Origin: a virus
Reading direction: 5' to 3' (one strand)
Virus record (IMG/VR): IMGVR_UViG_3300037042_004000
Location: 10,323 to 74,322 of that record
Length of the DNA stretch: 64,000 bases
Shown: one piece after another, positions 37,788-48,080 of the stretch
Layout of the letters: each line of letters opens with the position of its first letter
Numbering within the stretch: position 1 is the stretch's first letter
Program-made: the position numbers and the translations under genes
Notes under the pieces: model-generated
Told to the model about the DNA's origin: nothing
Seen by the model: only the letters and a program-made list of their open reading frames with translations
Databases searched by the model: none

Positions 37788-40700
37788 AACATAGTTTTCT
37801 GAACAGGTTGACTCTGACTAATTTGCGGTTTCACAATTGGTTGTTGCACCTGTGGCTTCACAATAGGTTGTATTGGTATTACCTTTTCTTTTTCTGTCTT
37901 CCAACGAGTTGCCAAATTCGGTAATTGTGGATCTTTATTAACTGCTGCCGTTATTGCATTTCTAATAGGCCCTTTGAAGCGTCTTTGGAATTCTGAACCA
38001 TTGGAATTAAATAAGTCTGATCCTATTCTTATCTTATTGTTTGAGACGATTTCTTCGGCTCTTGCATAATTTCCAAGTCTGTCTTTATTATTAGTATCGT
38101 AAGCGTCTGGATGTGTTAATCCGTCTAATAGTGTTTTTATTTTTTCATACATTGGCATTGCCCGTGTCACTTCTGTTCGGTAATGCTGTACTATAAAATT
38201 GGTTTTCTTTTCCACCTCATCTCTTTCTTCTGCGCTCATTGCTTGTAATTCTCTGGCAGTTCCTAACAAAAGCATGTCTAATTGAATCATTTTCTCAAGA
38301 CGATTTTCGCTGGTTCTTTTACTGATAATTTCAAGCATTTCTTGACAATGAACAACCAAATTTTTAAGTTGATTGTCGGCACCAACTGGTTTAACATTTG
38401 TTAACAATTGATGGACAATGTTGCTTTGGTCAATATTTTCCACACCATCTGTCCTACCGCTTAATTGATTGGCGATTTGTTGTTTTTGAGAAGTAAGTGC
38501 TTGGGATATGGCTTGTCCATGTTTTGCAGAATGAGACTTCATATGTTCTTCAATTTCGGCCTCTGTTGGCTTTCTTCCATTGTCTCTTTCAAAAGTAACG
38601 ATATATCCTAATTGCATAAGATTAAAAGCTCTGTGTGCTTTTTTGACCAATTGAACAAGAGCATAGTCTTCTATATCAAAGTGTTTCGTAATGTCTAATA
38701 CATCAGCATCTAAGTTGCCTTTTTGCACATCTGCTTGTGTGTCTTCCACATCGCTTTGAATTGTTTTGCCACCAGCTAACCAATTACGAATAGAACTGAT
38801 ATCACGACTTGTCACAACACCCTCTTGTTCGCTTCTGCCCTCAAAGCCCTTTAATATAAATCCAGTAAATGCGTCTGGATTCATATTTGGATTTTTCATT
38901 AGCTGTAACAATCTTTGTTTATCTTCTTGTGTCAAGTTTTTGCTTAGAGGTTCTGACGCTTGGATATCTGGCGTTGCTGCCCGTGTTCCCATTTTTCTGC
39001 GGGCTTCTCGTTGACGGCGAGTACCGTTCTCGGCAATATCTAATTGCCACATAGATTTTGCATAATCATAACCCATTCTCATTATCTTATTTCTTAAAAC
39101 TATGACTTTTTTGGATAGATTCTTTTTCAAGTTGCTAGCGATTTTTCCATATTCTGTAATTTTTCGTGTATCATTGTCGGCTTTTGCTTTGTCTAATTTT
39201 TCTTGAGCATCTTTATATTCATCTTCTACTTCAATAAAATCTTGATACTGGGCTTTTCCCAGATTGCGTTTTACATAGTATTGTGCGTTTTTATAAAGTA
39301 ATTGAAGTCCTGATTTTAGAGCCAAATACTCTGGACTTCCTTCTGGTAATTTAGATAGGAAAGAATTGATTCCTATACCAATTGGTCCCAACCTTACCTT
39401 TTCTTCTCCAATTTGATCTTGAATAAATCTAACATTTGTTCTTGCTTTATCTCGTTGTCCACGAATTTGAAAAAGTCTTCTCATAATATCGTAAGCGCCT
39501 TCTTCTGTTTGCGAATAATGAGATATCCAATTTTGCGCAGTTTTAAAACTGTTTTCTCCTTTCTTGCCTTTTTTAGCAACTAGGCGATTTTTCAATTCTT
39601 CAGATAGTTTTCTGTCTCCCCAATGAAATGCTTGTCCACTTGCATCTTCATCAGGCATATCATGTAGCTTAAATTGATTTCTTAATTTATTCCATTTCTC
39701 TGCCAAAGACAATCTTGGGTGTCCTTGGGTAGTTGGAGATCTTCGTTGTTTTACAAAATTTTCTAAAAGATTAACTTCGTTGTCCAATCTAGTCAAAGCG
39801 TTTTGTTGGGATATTAACTCCGCATTTAATTGCTCATCATCTAAAAATGGATATTTATCAACAACAGGAGTTTCGTCGTCACTTATGCCAGAATAACCAA
39901 AGTATTTTTCATGTTCTTGTTCATAACGATCTGTTTTCTCTTGACTGGTTTGATGATATCTTTTAGTCCCTTTATTTGGATCACTGCCACCAGCACGAAT
40001 GTAATGATACATGCTGTGTTGTCGATTGTTAACGTAAAAATTATAATCGTGTTCGTCAGCTAAACCTTTTTTGTTTTCTAATGTGTTGCTATATTTACTT
40101 AATGTGTCATTTTCACCAGGGACATGGCTACATGTGTCCAACACAATGGCTTTTGCCTGTTCTGTCAATGTGTTGATGTAACTTGCTGGTCCTTCTGATA
40201 TGAGTTGGAGAATTTCTTGTTGATTTTTTTGTCGCCATCCAAAAAAGTATCTATTCAAATGATCGACAACCTTTTTTAAGCCCATCCAATAAGTAATTTC
40301 TTCTGTCAATCTAGTTTCGTCAGAAGGGTCTAAAGTCCCTCTTAGAACCTTTTCATCATATTCTTGTTGTAATCTTTGTATGCTGTTTTCTGGATGTCCA
40401 TTTTTTAAATCGTCTGCTATTTTACCACTTTTAGTTGTGTCTTTTAAATCTCTAGCAGCCCGATCTCGCATAGCCGTTGTACTTTCATACATTCTATACA
40501 TTGTATTGTTGATTAGTTTTCCTCTCTGCAATATGGGTAGAGGCTCAGAAATAGATTCTACTTTACCATCACTTGTGATATACTTCCAAACTCGAACGGC
40601 AACGTTTTTATCTTGAGCCACACCATAATCGAGACCTTTAATTGCCATTGTGTATTTTTGGCTTTGATTTTGTCTTCTATCTGAAGAAAGATCCAATCTC

Positions 40701-41791
40701 CAATGTCTTCCTTCTTGAGAAGGTTCTTCCGAAAGTTTAGGATCTAGATAAGTAATATCATATGTTTGCAATATGGATTCTCTGTCACTATTGTCCTCTT
40801 TATTTATGGCTTCTATGAAAGTACCATCCCTTACAGGAGCCTTTAAATTAGACTCGTCTTTTTTAGGACGGCTAGGATTAATGGTAAATTGGTCATCTTC
40901 CTTCTTTCCACTCCAATTAACTCTAGGTGCAGTATCAAGCATTTTTCGTCTGGGGTCATTAATTGGGCCTGATAACCATCCATCAGAAATCATTTTTAAC
41001 CAAGCACTTAGGCGTATGCCTGCCATCTGTTGACTCATACCAGTATAACCTTTGAAAACCCATGCGTAATCTGGATCGTTAGCTCTATCTACACGTTTTC
41101 CTTCTTCTTGACCAGCTTGCTTCTTTTCTCTAGCTTTTATTTTTGCAGGAGAATCAATTTTTTGGATAGGATTTACATTAACATTAGATGCTGTTTTTCC
41201 TTTGCTAATTTGACCACCAGGAACATAATCTCCTAAAACATAACCGTAATCTCCATATCCCTTCTCATAATATTTTTCTCGCTTTTCTTTTCCTGATAAT
41301 CCTTCCATTTCGGCAGGATCTACATCTTCCATAGTCTTTTTTCTAAAATAAGGGTCATGGACATCAGCGGTTAGTCTGTCATAAATTTGTCCAGCCATTT
41401 TACTTACAAAATAGGTGAAATATTTACCTTGTATTTTTAATGTTACAAATCCATAATCATTGGAAACATCATGAGGATCATATTGGGTGCCATTTTGTTT
41501 GGCTAATTGTACTTTTTTATGGGTTTCTTGAATCAAAGTATTGTAACGATAGGAAAGAGCTTGTTTCCAATGACGTGGTGGGAATTGATATAAAAAAGCA
41601 ATATCGTTATTATCAAATAAAACTGGTGCTTTTCTAATGTCTTCTTCTTCTTTTCCACCAATTAAAGTGGCGGGAGCAGCCATTTCAAGATAGGCTTCCC
41701 ACTCTTCTTCTGTGTCTATTTTCCCAGTTAGACAGATTTTTTCAAAAAGCCGACAATGTTCTCGTTCTACTAGATAATTAAAGAAATCCAT
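37784..41791 (-). CDS. 1335-aa hypothetical, putative internal/ejected head protein
   Basis: Begins MDFFNYLVERE; YLEMA; TATATA 4 nt upstream. Confidence 0.75.
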   Translation of the reverse strand: MDFFNYLVEREHCRLFEKICLTGKIDTEEEWEAYLEMAAPATLIGGKEEEDIRKAPVLFDNNDIAFLYQFPPRHWKQALSYRYNTLIQETHKKVQLAKQNGTQYDPHDVSNDYGFVTLKIQGKYFTYFVSKMAGQIYDRLTADVHDPYFRKKTMEDVDPAEMEGLSGKEKREKYYEKGYGDYGYVLGDYVPGGQISKGKTASNVNVNPIQKIDSPAKIKAREKKQAGQEEGKRVDRANDPDYAWVFKGYTGMSQQMAGIRLSAWLKMISDGWLSGPINDPRRKMLDTAPRVNWSGKKEDDQFTINPSRPKKDESNLKAPVRDGTFIEAINKEDNSDRESILQTYDITYLDPKLSEEPSQEGRHWRLDLSSDRRQNQSQKYTMAIKGLDYGVAQDKNVAVRVWKYITSDGKVESISEPLPILQRGKLINNTMYRMYESTTAMRDRAARDLKDTTKSGKIADDLKNGHPENSIQRLQQEYDEKVLRGTLDPSDETRLTEEITYWMGLKKVVDHLNRYFFGWRQKNQQEILQLISEGPASYINTLTEQAKAIVLDTCSHVPGENDTLSKYSNTLENKKGLADEHDYNFYVNNRQHSMYHYIRAGGSDPNKGTKRYHQTSQEKTDRYEQEHEKYFGYSGISDDETPVVDKYPFLDDEQLNAELISQQNALTRLDNEVNLLENFVKQRRSPTTQGHPRLSLAEKWNKLRNQFKLHDMPDEDASGQAFHWGDRKLSEELKNRLVAKKGKKGENSFKTAQNWISHYSQTEEGAYDIMRRLFQIRGQRDKARTNVRFIQDQIGEEKVRLGPIGIGINSFLSKLPEGSPEYLALKSGLQLLYKNAQYYVKRNLGKAQYQDFIEVEDEYKDAQEKLDKAKADNDTRKITEYGKIASNLKKNLSKKVIVLRNKIMRMGYDYAKSMWQLDIAENGTRRQREARRKMGTRAATPDIQASEPLSKNLTQEDKQRLLQLMKNPNMNPDAFTGFILKGFEGRSEQEGVVTSRDISSIRNWLAGGKTIQSDVEDTQADVQKGNLDADVLDITKHFDIEDYALVQLVKKAHRAFNLMQLGYIVTFERDNGRKPTEAEIEEHMKSHSAKHGQAISQALTSQKQQIANQLSGRTDGVENIDQSNIVHQLLTNVKPVGADNQLKNLVVHCQEMLEIISKRTSENRLEKMIQLDMLLLGTARELQAMSAEERDEVEKKTNFIVQHYRTEVTRAMPMYEKIKTLLDGLTHPDAYDTNNKDRLGNYARAEEIVSNNKIRIGSDLFNSNGSEFQRRFKGPIRNAITAAVNKDPQLPNLATRWKTEKEKVIPIQPIVKPQVQQPIVKPQISQSQPVQKTMF

Positions 41792-41806
41792 GCAATATAT
41801 AGGATG

Positions 41807-42205
41807 CTATTGTCCAAATTTATCTTTTAGATCGCCAGCTAATTTAGATAATCCCTCTGGATTCAAATATTGCCCTTGTAGAGCATTAGGTGGTGGATTT
41901 TCTACCTTTTTGGCTCTATCTAGACATTCTTGGATATATTTGGCATCTTTAGGATTGTCTGGGTCTAATACTTCTTCTTCGGCAATTGCCACAACATGGG
42001 GCAAAGCAACCCATGTTCTGAGTTGTTTTGGCAATTGTTTAATAATAACTCCGCTTTCTGAGATGGATTCTATTTCTCCCATAAAATAACGAAATAGGAT
42101 TTGAACATATCCTTTGGGATCTTCTTTAAATAAATCCCTGGCTGTCTGACTGGTAAAAACACTACAAATTTTACCTTCAAAATATTTTAAATTTGGGTGT
42201 ATCAT
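41807..42205 (-). CDS. Hypothetical protein (possible Sm-like beta barrel)
   Basis: ATGA-coupled; G.I.SI...GVII...HVVAI pattern. Confidence 0.6.
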   Translation of the reverse strand: MIHPNLKYFEGKICSVFTSQTARDLFKEDPKGYVQILFRYFMGEIESISESGVIIKQLPKQLRTWVALPHVVAIAEEEVLDPDNPKDAKYIQECLDRAKKVENPPPNALQGQYLNPEGLSKLAGDLKDKFGQ

Positions 42206-42489
42206 TTACAATCACATCCACAGGAACAAGATCCGCTACTCTCTTCACAGGAACTAGGCTCCATTAGTATTCGTTTTAATTCGTCTATTGGTGGGACTCT
42301 TCCAGCAGTTTTAACTTTGCCATCTATGATAAGTGCAGGAAGTATCAATACGCCATAATGACTAATTTCATTAATGTTTGTTACTTTTTGAATAGACGCT
42401 TTAATGTTGAGTTGGGTCACCATCTGTTCTGTTTGCTCGGCTAATCTTTTACATTTTTCACAACCAGAACCTAATATTTTAATTTCCAC
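42202..42489 (-). CDS. Small thioredoxin-family redox protein (MTH895-like) with Cys-rich tail
   Basis: IKILGSGCEKC, YGV..PALIIDG; GTG start with AAGGAG. Confidence 0.88.
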   Translation of the reverse strand: MEIKILGSGCEKCKRLAEQTEQMVTQLNIKASIQKVTNINEISHYGVLILPALIIDGKVKTAGRVPPIDELKRILMEPSSCEESSGSCSCGCDCK

Positions 42490-42521
42490 AGTATGCTCCT
42501 TTGTATAAAATAGAATAGTAA

Positions 42522-43586
42522 CTACATTGCTAATTGCAACAGATATTCATCGGTAACAGGTTTTTCTGAAACTTCTAAATAATGAATTAATAATTTGGGT
42601 CCAACATTCACAAGCATTGCGTTCCAATCTTTGTAAATTTGTGGAGGTCTGACGAAAGATATTTTCATTCCTCTTGCCTGCATTTTTTCTATCATGTTTT
42701 TAATGCCTTCTTTGCCTGCCGAGTCGGAATCGAGACATAACACAATTTGGTATGGTTGTAAGAATTCCAGTTGTTTATCAGAAATATTTTTGCCACCAAA
42801 AGCAGCAGAATATGTTTTAAATTCTCCAGCATAATAGATAGAGATGGCATCGAATTCGCCTTCCGTCAAAAAAAGCTTAGCTCCTTCTTTAGGCCAAGTT
42901 CCTTCTTCTATCATAGCGCTAGGAAAAAACAGAACATCACCTTTACCTAATCCGACTGTTATTTGTGGCCCAAGATATTTTGGAACCTTATCATTGTCCC
43001 CAATATATCGACCATTGTAATAAATTAGTCTTCCATCATTGTTGTAATATGGGATTACAATTCTTTGACGATATCGCCCATTAGTAGAAATTAGTAGACC
43101 GTCTGTAGATAATTTTCTTTTGTTTAAGTATGTTTCTGCTTCTATGCGATAACGACTGCTTGTAGGTATTTCATTTATTGGATAAGTAAATGGTGGTAGG
43201 TTTAAAAATTCAGGTTTTTTTTCTTCAACAATTACTGGTTCTGGTGGTTTGATAAATAATTTTTCTATTTCTTTTTCTAGGTCTCTAATATCATTGTTTT
43301 CACTGCCCAAAATAAAACAAGCTTCTTCAAATGAACATTTTTCTATCTCCATTAGGAGCCCTATGATTGTTCCCGTTTTGCCCGAGGACCAACAATGATA
43401 GCAACCGTTCGATATTTGTTTTTTTCCACCTTTAGTATCGCAATGAAGAGAATGTTCACGATCACGCCGACCACTCGATGTTTGAAAACAGGTATTTATT
43501 CTTATGATCGAATCCCCAACTGTGACAACATCACCAGGGAACTTGCTTTCACACCATTCAACAAATTTTTCAAAATTTATTGACAT
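42522..43586 (-). CDS. DNA primase (TOPRIM)
   Basis: RIVIPYY, YNGR, PKYL, TEGEFDA, LDSDSAG, KDWN. Confidence 0.9.
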   Translation of the reverse strand: MSINFEKFVEWCESKFPGDVVTVGDSIIRINTCFQTSSGRRDREHSLHCDTKGGKKQISNGCYHCWSSGKTGTIIGLLMEIEKCSFEEACFILGSENNDIRDLEKEIEKLFIKPPEPVIVEEKKPEFLNLPPFTYPINEIPTSSRYRIEAETYLNKRKLSTDGLLISTNGRYRQRIVIPYYNNDGRLIYYNGRYIGDNDKVPKYLGPQITVGLGKGDVLFFPSAMIEEGTWPKEGAKLFLTEGEFDAISIYYAGEFKTYSAAFGGKNISDKQLEFLQPYQIVLCLDSDSAGKEGIKNMIEKMQARGMKISFVRPPQIYKDWNAMLVNVGPKLLIHYLEVSEKPVTDEYLLQLAM

Positions 43587-44575
43587 TTTATCTCAACACC
43601 CCTTTGTTCCAACCATTTTAAAAAATCTTTCTCTGAATATTTACAACCTTTTGAAATATTGTTTAACAACAGCATGGGCTGTAAATTATCAAGACAGTTT
43701 ATTAATTTTACATTTGTTATATTGTGATCCACGAATGCTTTGATGGGGAAAATGTGGTCAACAGACCATTTTCCATCTTTTATTTTATGCCAATTTGGAT
43801 GATTTGTCAAATGTTTTTCGAGGTCAATTCTTGTATAGCCAAGCAAGTCTGCACTTTTACATTTTTTTGTTTGTCCAATTGCCAATAATGTGTGTTTAAC
43901 TAATTTTTGACAACGATTTTGCATCACTTTATTAAATTTAACTCTTTCTCTGTCGGGGTTCCATGCTGGATTATTAGGGCCTTTACGACGGTCAAGATAG
44001 GCACTGCCAGTAGTTGTTTCTATTATCTTTTTAATTCCACATTTTCGACATCTTTGTCCCATTTTGAATTTACAAAATCTTATTATGTTTTCTTCGCCAC
44101 ATTCACATATGTACTTCATTGGTGTATTTGCGTCTGTATATTTATCTAATAGTTTACATTTGTTGTCTAAGAAATATTGATTAACATCTTCTTGTTTCCA
44201 TTTTCTTTTTTCAAGACTACACTTTTTGCAACAACCGCTTTTTATAAATCTATGAAAGATAGTAACTGCTTCTTCGCCACAGAAGCAAATATATCGTAAT
44301 TTTTGTAGGCTATTAATGTATTTATTTTCTAATAAAACACATCCATGTTCTTCAAAACATTTTTTGATATAATCATATTCCAATTGCTTGCTGCCACCAC
44401 AAACTATACATCTATTACCCGATTTAAAATTGGCCCAAGAAATAAATCCTTCGTGCCCATTTTTACAAACATATTTCATTTTAGTGGTATTGTTGATGTA
44501 TTCTTTTTCCAATAATTGGCAGCCATTGTCCGTAAAATATTTTTTAACATACTCATAATTTAATTTTTTTCCCAT
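43577..44575 (-). CDS. HNH homing endonuclease with zinc-ribbon repeats
   Basis: Three Cys-rich repeats; VDHIFP...NLQPM...NISKG; start reassigned to MGKKLNY. Confidence 0.85.
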   Translation of the reverse strand: MGKKLNYEYVKKYFTDNGCQLLEKEYINNTTKMKYVCKNGHEGFISWANFKSGNRCIVCGGSKQLEYDYIKKCFEEHGCVLLENKYINSLQKLRYICFCGEEAVTIFHRFIKSGCCKKCSLEKRKWKQEDVNQYFLDNKCKLLDKYTDANTPMKYICECGEENIIRFCKFKMGQRCRKCGIKKIIETTTGSAYLDRRKGPNNPAWNPDRERVKFNKVMQNRCQKLVKHTLLAIGQTKKCKSADLLGYTRIDLEKHLTNHPNWHKIKDGKWSVDHIFPIKAFVDHNITNVKLINCLDNLQPMLLLNNISKGCKYSEKDFLKWLEQRGVEIKCQ

Positions 44576-44612
44576 ACTCTTATATAGTATATTTGTTTCA
44601 GAAAAAAGCGAT

Positions 44613-44789
44613 ATGAGCGATTTAATTACTCCAAAAAAAGCAGCGGAAATTTTAGGTGTGTTGCCGAATACTATAAGAAATTGGGAACGGGACAATAAAA
44701 TCTCCGCCATTAAAACTTTAGGTGGTCATCGACGTTACCATTTAGATGAAATTAAAAAATTGCTTGAAAATAATAACAAAAAGGATTAA
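44613..44789 (+). CDS. MerR/IS607-type HTH protein (58 aa)
   Basis: Not in ORF track; MSDLITPKKAAEILGVLPNTIRNWERDNKISAIKTLGGHRRY. Confidence 0.85.
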   Translation: MSDLITPKKAAEILGVLPNTIRNWERDNKISAIKTLGGHRRYHLDEIKKLLENNNKKD

Positions 44790-44798
44790 AATAAAATA

Positions 44799-45575
44799 AT
44801 GAATTGTAATCATATTAGTGTGAGTCGGCACGATTGTTGGAAGTTATGCCAAAAATCTTATTATTACCGTTACCATGTAAAAGTGCCTTCGCAGTTTTCC
44901 CCGTTTTATTTTACTTATGGAACAATTTTTCACAAATGTGCCGAGGAATTCGTCCGTCATGAAGGTAAAAAGAGCCTTGGAATTATATCGAAAGAGATTT
45001 TAGAGGGCAAAATTCCGATTGAAGAACATAATGGAATTATTAAATATGCTCCTAAATTACCTGCTGAATATAAAGAAAAGTTCCCAAATCATTTAAAAGC
45101 ACTCCAAAAATTAACCGATCAGATAGGTTTTGAAGGTAAAAATGAGATAGAATGGTCATTTGAATATGATTTAGAGCCACCAAATAATAAATGTGTAGTG
45201 GGGTTTATTGACCGTCTTATTATTAAAAATGATAAATACTTCATTATTGATTATAAAACTAGCAAAAATAATGGTTGGCGTAAGACCCCTAAAACTATTA
45301 TAAACGACCTTCAACTTCAAGTTTATGCCAGAGTAGTTCAAAAAACCTTTAATGTTGACGCTAAAGCGGTCCAGGCAGCATTATATTATGTAGATGGTGG
45401 AAACCTAGTTGGAGCCCGTTTTACAAACGAAACGCTGCTACGAGCCGAGCAGGAGCTTTTAAGGGCATACTGTGACATCATCTCTACCGAACCTAATAAA
45501 GCCTATGCTAATGTAGGGGAACATTGTCGGAGATGTGAATTTAATAGTCTCTGCCCGCATTATAAAAAGAAGTGA
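44799..45575 (+). CDS. PD-(D/E)XK Cas4/RecB-like exonuclease
   Basis: GFIDRL, IIDYKT, QLQVY, N-terminal Cys plus CRRCEFNSLC. Confidence 0.88.
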   Translation: MNCNHISVSRHDCWKLCQKSYYYRYHVKVPSQFSPFYFTYGTIFHKCAEEFVRHEGKKSLGIISKEILEGKIPIEEHNGIIKYAPKLPAEYKEKFPNHLKALQKLTDQIGFEGKNEIEWSFEYDLEPPNNKCVVGFIDRLIIKNDKYFIIDYKTSKNNGWRKTPKTIINDLQLQVYARVVQKTFNVDAKAVQAALYYVDGGNLVGARFTNETLLRAEQELLRAYCDIISTEPNKAYANVGEHCRRCEFNSLCPHYKKK

Positions 45576-45627
45576 TTTTAATAAATAGATTATAGAATTA
45601 AAACAAAGGAAATTTATTACACTACAA

Positions 45628-45885
45628 ATGTATGAAACGGCACAAAAAATGAATAAATTTATTGTTCATATAATTTGTGAAGGCCGAGAAGATGCCTTTG
45701 ATGGAGTGACCTTTATTTCTTTAGTTGATGCATTTCCGAGAATTGGGGAAAAGATCGCCATTGAAGATGGTAATGTATGTGAGGTCGTAGGCATAATACA
45801 CAAACAATCTGTAATTCGTGAAAATGGAGAAATTACTTCTATTATTTTAGTTCCTAATGTAATGGCGAAATTACAAAACAAATAA
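45628..45885 (+). CDS. Hypothetical protein
   Basis: ORF with PRIGE motif. Confidence 0.6.
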   Translation: MYETAQKMNKFIVHIICEGREDAFDGVTFISLVDAFPRIGEKIAIEDGNVCEVVGIIHKQSVIRENGEITSIILVPNVMAKLQNK

Positions 45886-46650
45886 TCAAGGCAAAATGAT
45901 ATAACTCTTAGGATATCGTCTACCAGGATTAATATAATCAATAATTGGTATTTCTTGGGCGAAACTATAGGAATTTACCAACCATCCATATCCATTTCTT
46001 TTATAAACGGCTCTAATATTTTCTAAATTAGTAAACCAACCTTTCCCCATACCGTGTTTTATGTCGTTACTGGCAAAACAAGTGCCAACATAATATTCTT
46101 TATCCAATAGTCCACCACCAGACCGTCCCGATCTTGGACTATTTAGACGAGTAGAAATAATACCCCCTACTTGCTCAATAAATTCTACAGAATAAACAGC
46201 TACTTCATCTCCAAAATCACATCCAGTTGATATAAGTTCTTTTCCAGGGTTCATTTTATAATTATTTGGGGCTATCGAAAAATACTTAGGCTTCCAATCA
46301 GGCTTAAAAACTACACAACTACTATCTTGTCCAGGTTTCAGGCTCCAAAATAAAACTTTTGCTTTATAGGTTCTAGGGATTAGTAATTTAATTTTATTGT
46401 GATACCAAACAACAATTTTACAATCAGCAGAACTGTTCTCATCCCACAAATGTCCGCAGGATGCAACATAGGCGTTATTATTTTTAGCATCATAATAAAT
46501 AATTGTTCCACTACCATAATTATCACCCGCTTTAATAAGAACGCTAGCGCTTAAGTAATTGATATATTTTAAGCCTCTTTGTGGAAGTGGATCACCAAAT
46601 ACCTTGTTGACAAAACATGCCAAAAAAAGTAAAATTATAAAGCGTTTCAT
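45886..46650 (-). CDS. Secreted trypsin-like serine protease
   Basis: Signal peptide; SCGH, D, GRSGGGL. Confidence 0.8.
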   Translation of the reverse strand: MKRFIILLFLACFVNKVFGDPLPQRGLKYINYLSASVLIKAGDNYGSGTIIYYDAKNNNAYVASCGHLWDENSSADCKIVVWYHNKIKLLIPRTYKAKVLFWSLKPGQDSSCVVFKPDWKPKYFSIAPNNYKMNPGKELISTGCDFGDEVAVYSVEFIEQVGGIISTRLNSPRSGRSGGGLLDKEYYVGTCFASNDIKHGMGKGWFTNLENIRAVYKRNGYGWLVNSYSFAQEIPIIDYINPGRRYPKSYIILP

Positions 46651-46661
46651 ATAAATTATAT

Positions 46662-47144
46662 ATGTCTATATTAATTGTGTCTCATAATATTTATCTAACT
46701 AGAGAAGAAAGATATTCTCTGGTCTCTAAAATCCCAATAGAGGTAGTTGGAGTAAGTATTCCTGTATGGGCCAAAGAAGGGGTTACTACAGAACCAGCAA
46801 AAGAGGTTTTTTGCAAATATGAAATATCAGACAATGGATCGAAAAAATTAGTTAGTTTTTCGAATAATAAATATCAAATTGTTTTGCCAAGTTCTAATGG
46901 TCATATTGTATCAAGACCAACAAACGAAGAATGGCGACAGATAAGTAAAGAAAACCAAGAACTTTGGTATGAACACCATCAACCTATTCCGACTTCTAAA
47001 AATCTTTTAGATATGAAAGACGGTGGTGCAGCTTATTTGAAGTTTAGGTATAGAACTATAATTGTTAAAGAAGAACAAAAAACCCCAGTTTTCCATTTTG
47101 TAGAGATTAAACCAATAGAAATTTTATTAGAATCACTTACTTAA
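46662..47144 (+). CDS. Hypothetical protein
   Basis: Divergent from protease, 11-nt gap. Confidence 0.65.
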   Translation: MSILIVSHNIYLTREERYSLVSKIPIEVVGVSIPVWAKEGVTTEPAKEVFCKYEISDNGSKKLVSFSNNKYQIVLPSSNGHIVSRPTNEEWRQISKENQELWYEHHQPIPTSKNLLDMKDGGAAYLKFRYRTIIVKEEQKTPVFHFVEIKPIEILLESLT

Positions 47145-47647
47145 GGCGGGCAATCTCTCAAAGATATGCCCATTCTTACATATATGCTTTGTCCACTAGT
47201 AACAGTCACACTATCTGTTAAAGCTACCGAGGAAATCAAATAACCAGTTGCATCTCCTTCATCAGTTAGGAAAAGATTTTGAACTGGTCCCCAACTACCA
47301 CCAGTAGCCGAGAAAATTAAAATTGGACTTCTTGCGACTGTAATTCCACCTACTTCTGTCATGACAAACGTAGTAGAAGTAACCTGTTGTCTAGAATAGC
47401 CATTAATAGCTGGTTCGGCTATCAAAGACCCCATAGTTTGGGCAGCGGTTAGCGAGGATCTATTATCCAGGCCAAAAAAATACTTCTCTGGTATGCTTAC
47501 ACCATTGAAAAGAACCCCTAAGAAGAATTCTTCTCCAGTTGTGTGGATCATGTTTTTGAGATTTCTTTTTTCCCAAATAACCTCGTTTTCTTTAGAAACA
47601 AGTTTAATTTCTTCAATGGTAATAATACCGTGCCAATTCTTATTCAT
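47141..47647 (-). CDS. Baseplate/tail-fibre attachment-like protein
   Basis: KNMIH..G, NGYSRQ, FSATGGSWGPV; resembles 22035-22505. Confidence 0.65.
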   Translation of the reverse strand: MNKNWHGIITIEEIKLVSKENEVIWEKRNLKNMIHTTGEEFFLGVLFNGVSIPEKYFFGLDNRSSLTAAQTMGSLIAEPAINGYSRQQVTSTTFVMTEVGGITVARSPILIFSATGGSWGPVQNLFLTDEGDATGYLISSVALTDSVTVTSGQSIYVRMGISLRDCPP

Positions 47648-47662
47648 AGTAATATATAGTGT

Positions 47663-47869
47663 ATGCGATTATCTTTTCGAAACTGGTTAGAGGGTCAAAC
47701 ATTGGGTGGTGGTATAAGTCCACCACCCCAATCTCCAGTAGATCCAGAACCAGCACCCGGACAAAGTACGGGAGCCTTTTGGGATTGGAGCAAGAAAAAA
47801 TTACCTCCAACTAAAAGGACTCCAGAAAATGCGTGGGAAAAAATGAAAACTAAAAAATCAAAGGTCTGA
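47663..47869 (+). CDS. Small putative internal head protein
   Basis: Begins MRLSFRNWLEG. Confidence 0.6.
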   Translation: MRLSFRNWLEGQTLGGGISPPPQSPVDPEPAPGQSTGAFWDWSKKKLPPTKRTPENAWEKMKTKKSKV

Positions 47870-48046
47870 ATCGCCATCTTCCCATTCGTCTTCCTCTTCA
47901 TCCCACTCTTCATCTTCTTCTTCGTCATCTTCATCTAAATCATCATCCCATTCGTCTTCATCATCTTCTGTTTCATAAGGATCAAATTCTTCTTCTTCAT
48001 CTTCGTCATAATCATCTTGATACAAATTGTTTTCTCTGCTTTTCAT
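47858..48046 (-). CDS. Extremely acidic 62-aa protein
   Basis: AGGAG SD; mostly Asp/Glu with spaced aromatics. Confidence 0.7.
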   Translation of the reverse strand: MKSRENNLYQDDYDEDEEEEFDPYETEDDEDEWDDDLDEDDEEEDEEWDEEEDEWEDGDSDL

Positions 48047-48080
48047 GAACTATCTCCTATATAATATAAAGGTGTCGCAT

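Noticed and set aside
44613-44789. IS607 element
   Set aside because: HTH only; no serine recombinase domain or adjacent tnpB
44799-45575. Cas4-like nuclease as evidence of CRISPR-Cas
   Set aside because: No cas1/cas2 or array; stand-alone copies are common in phage replication regions
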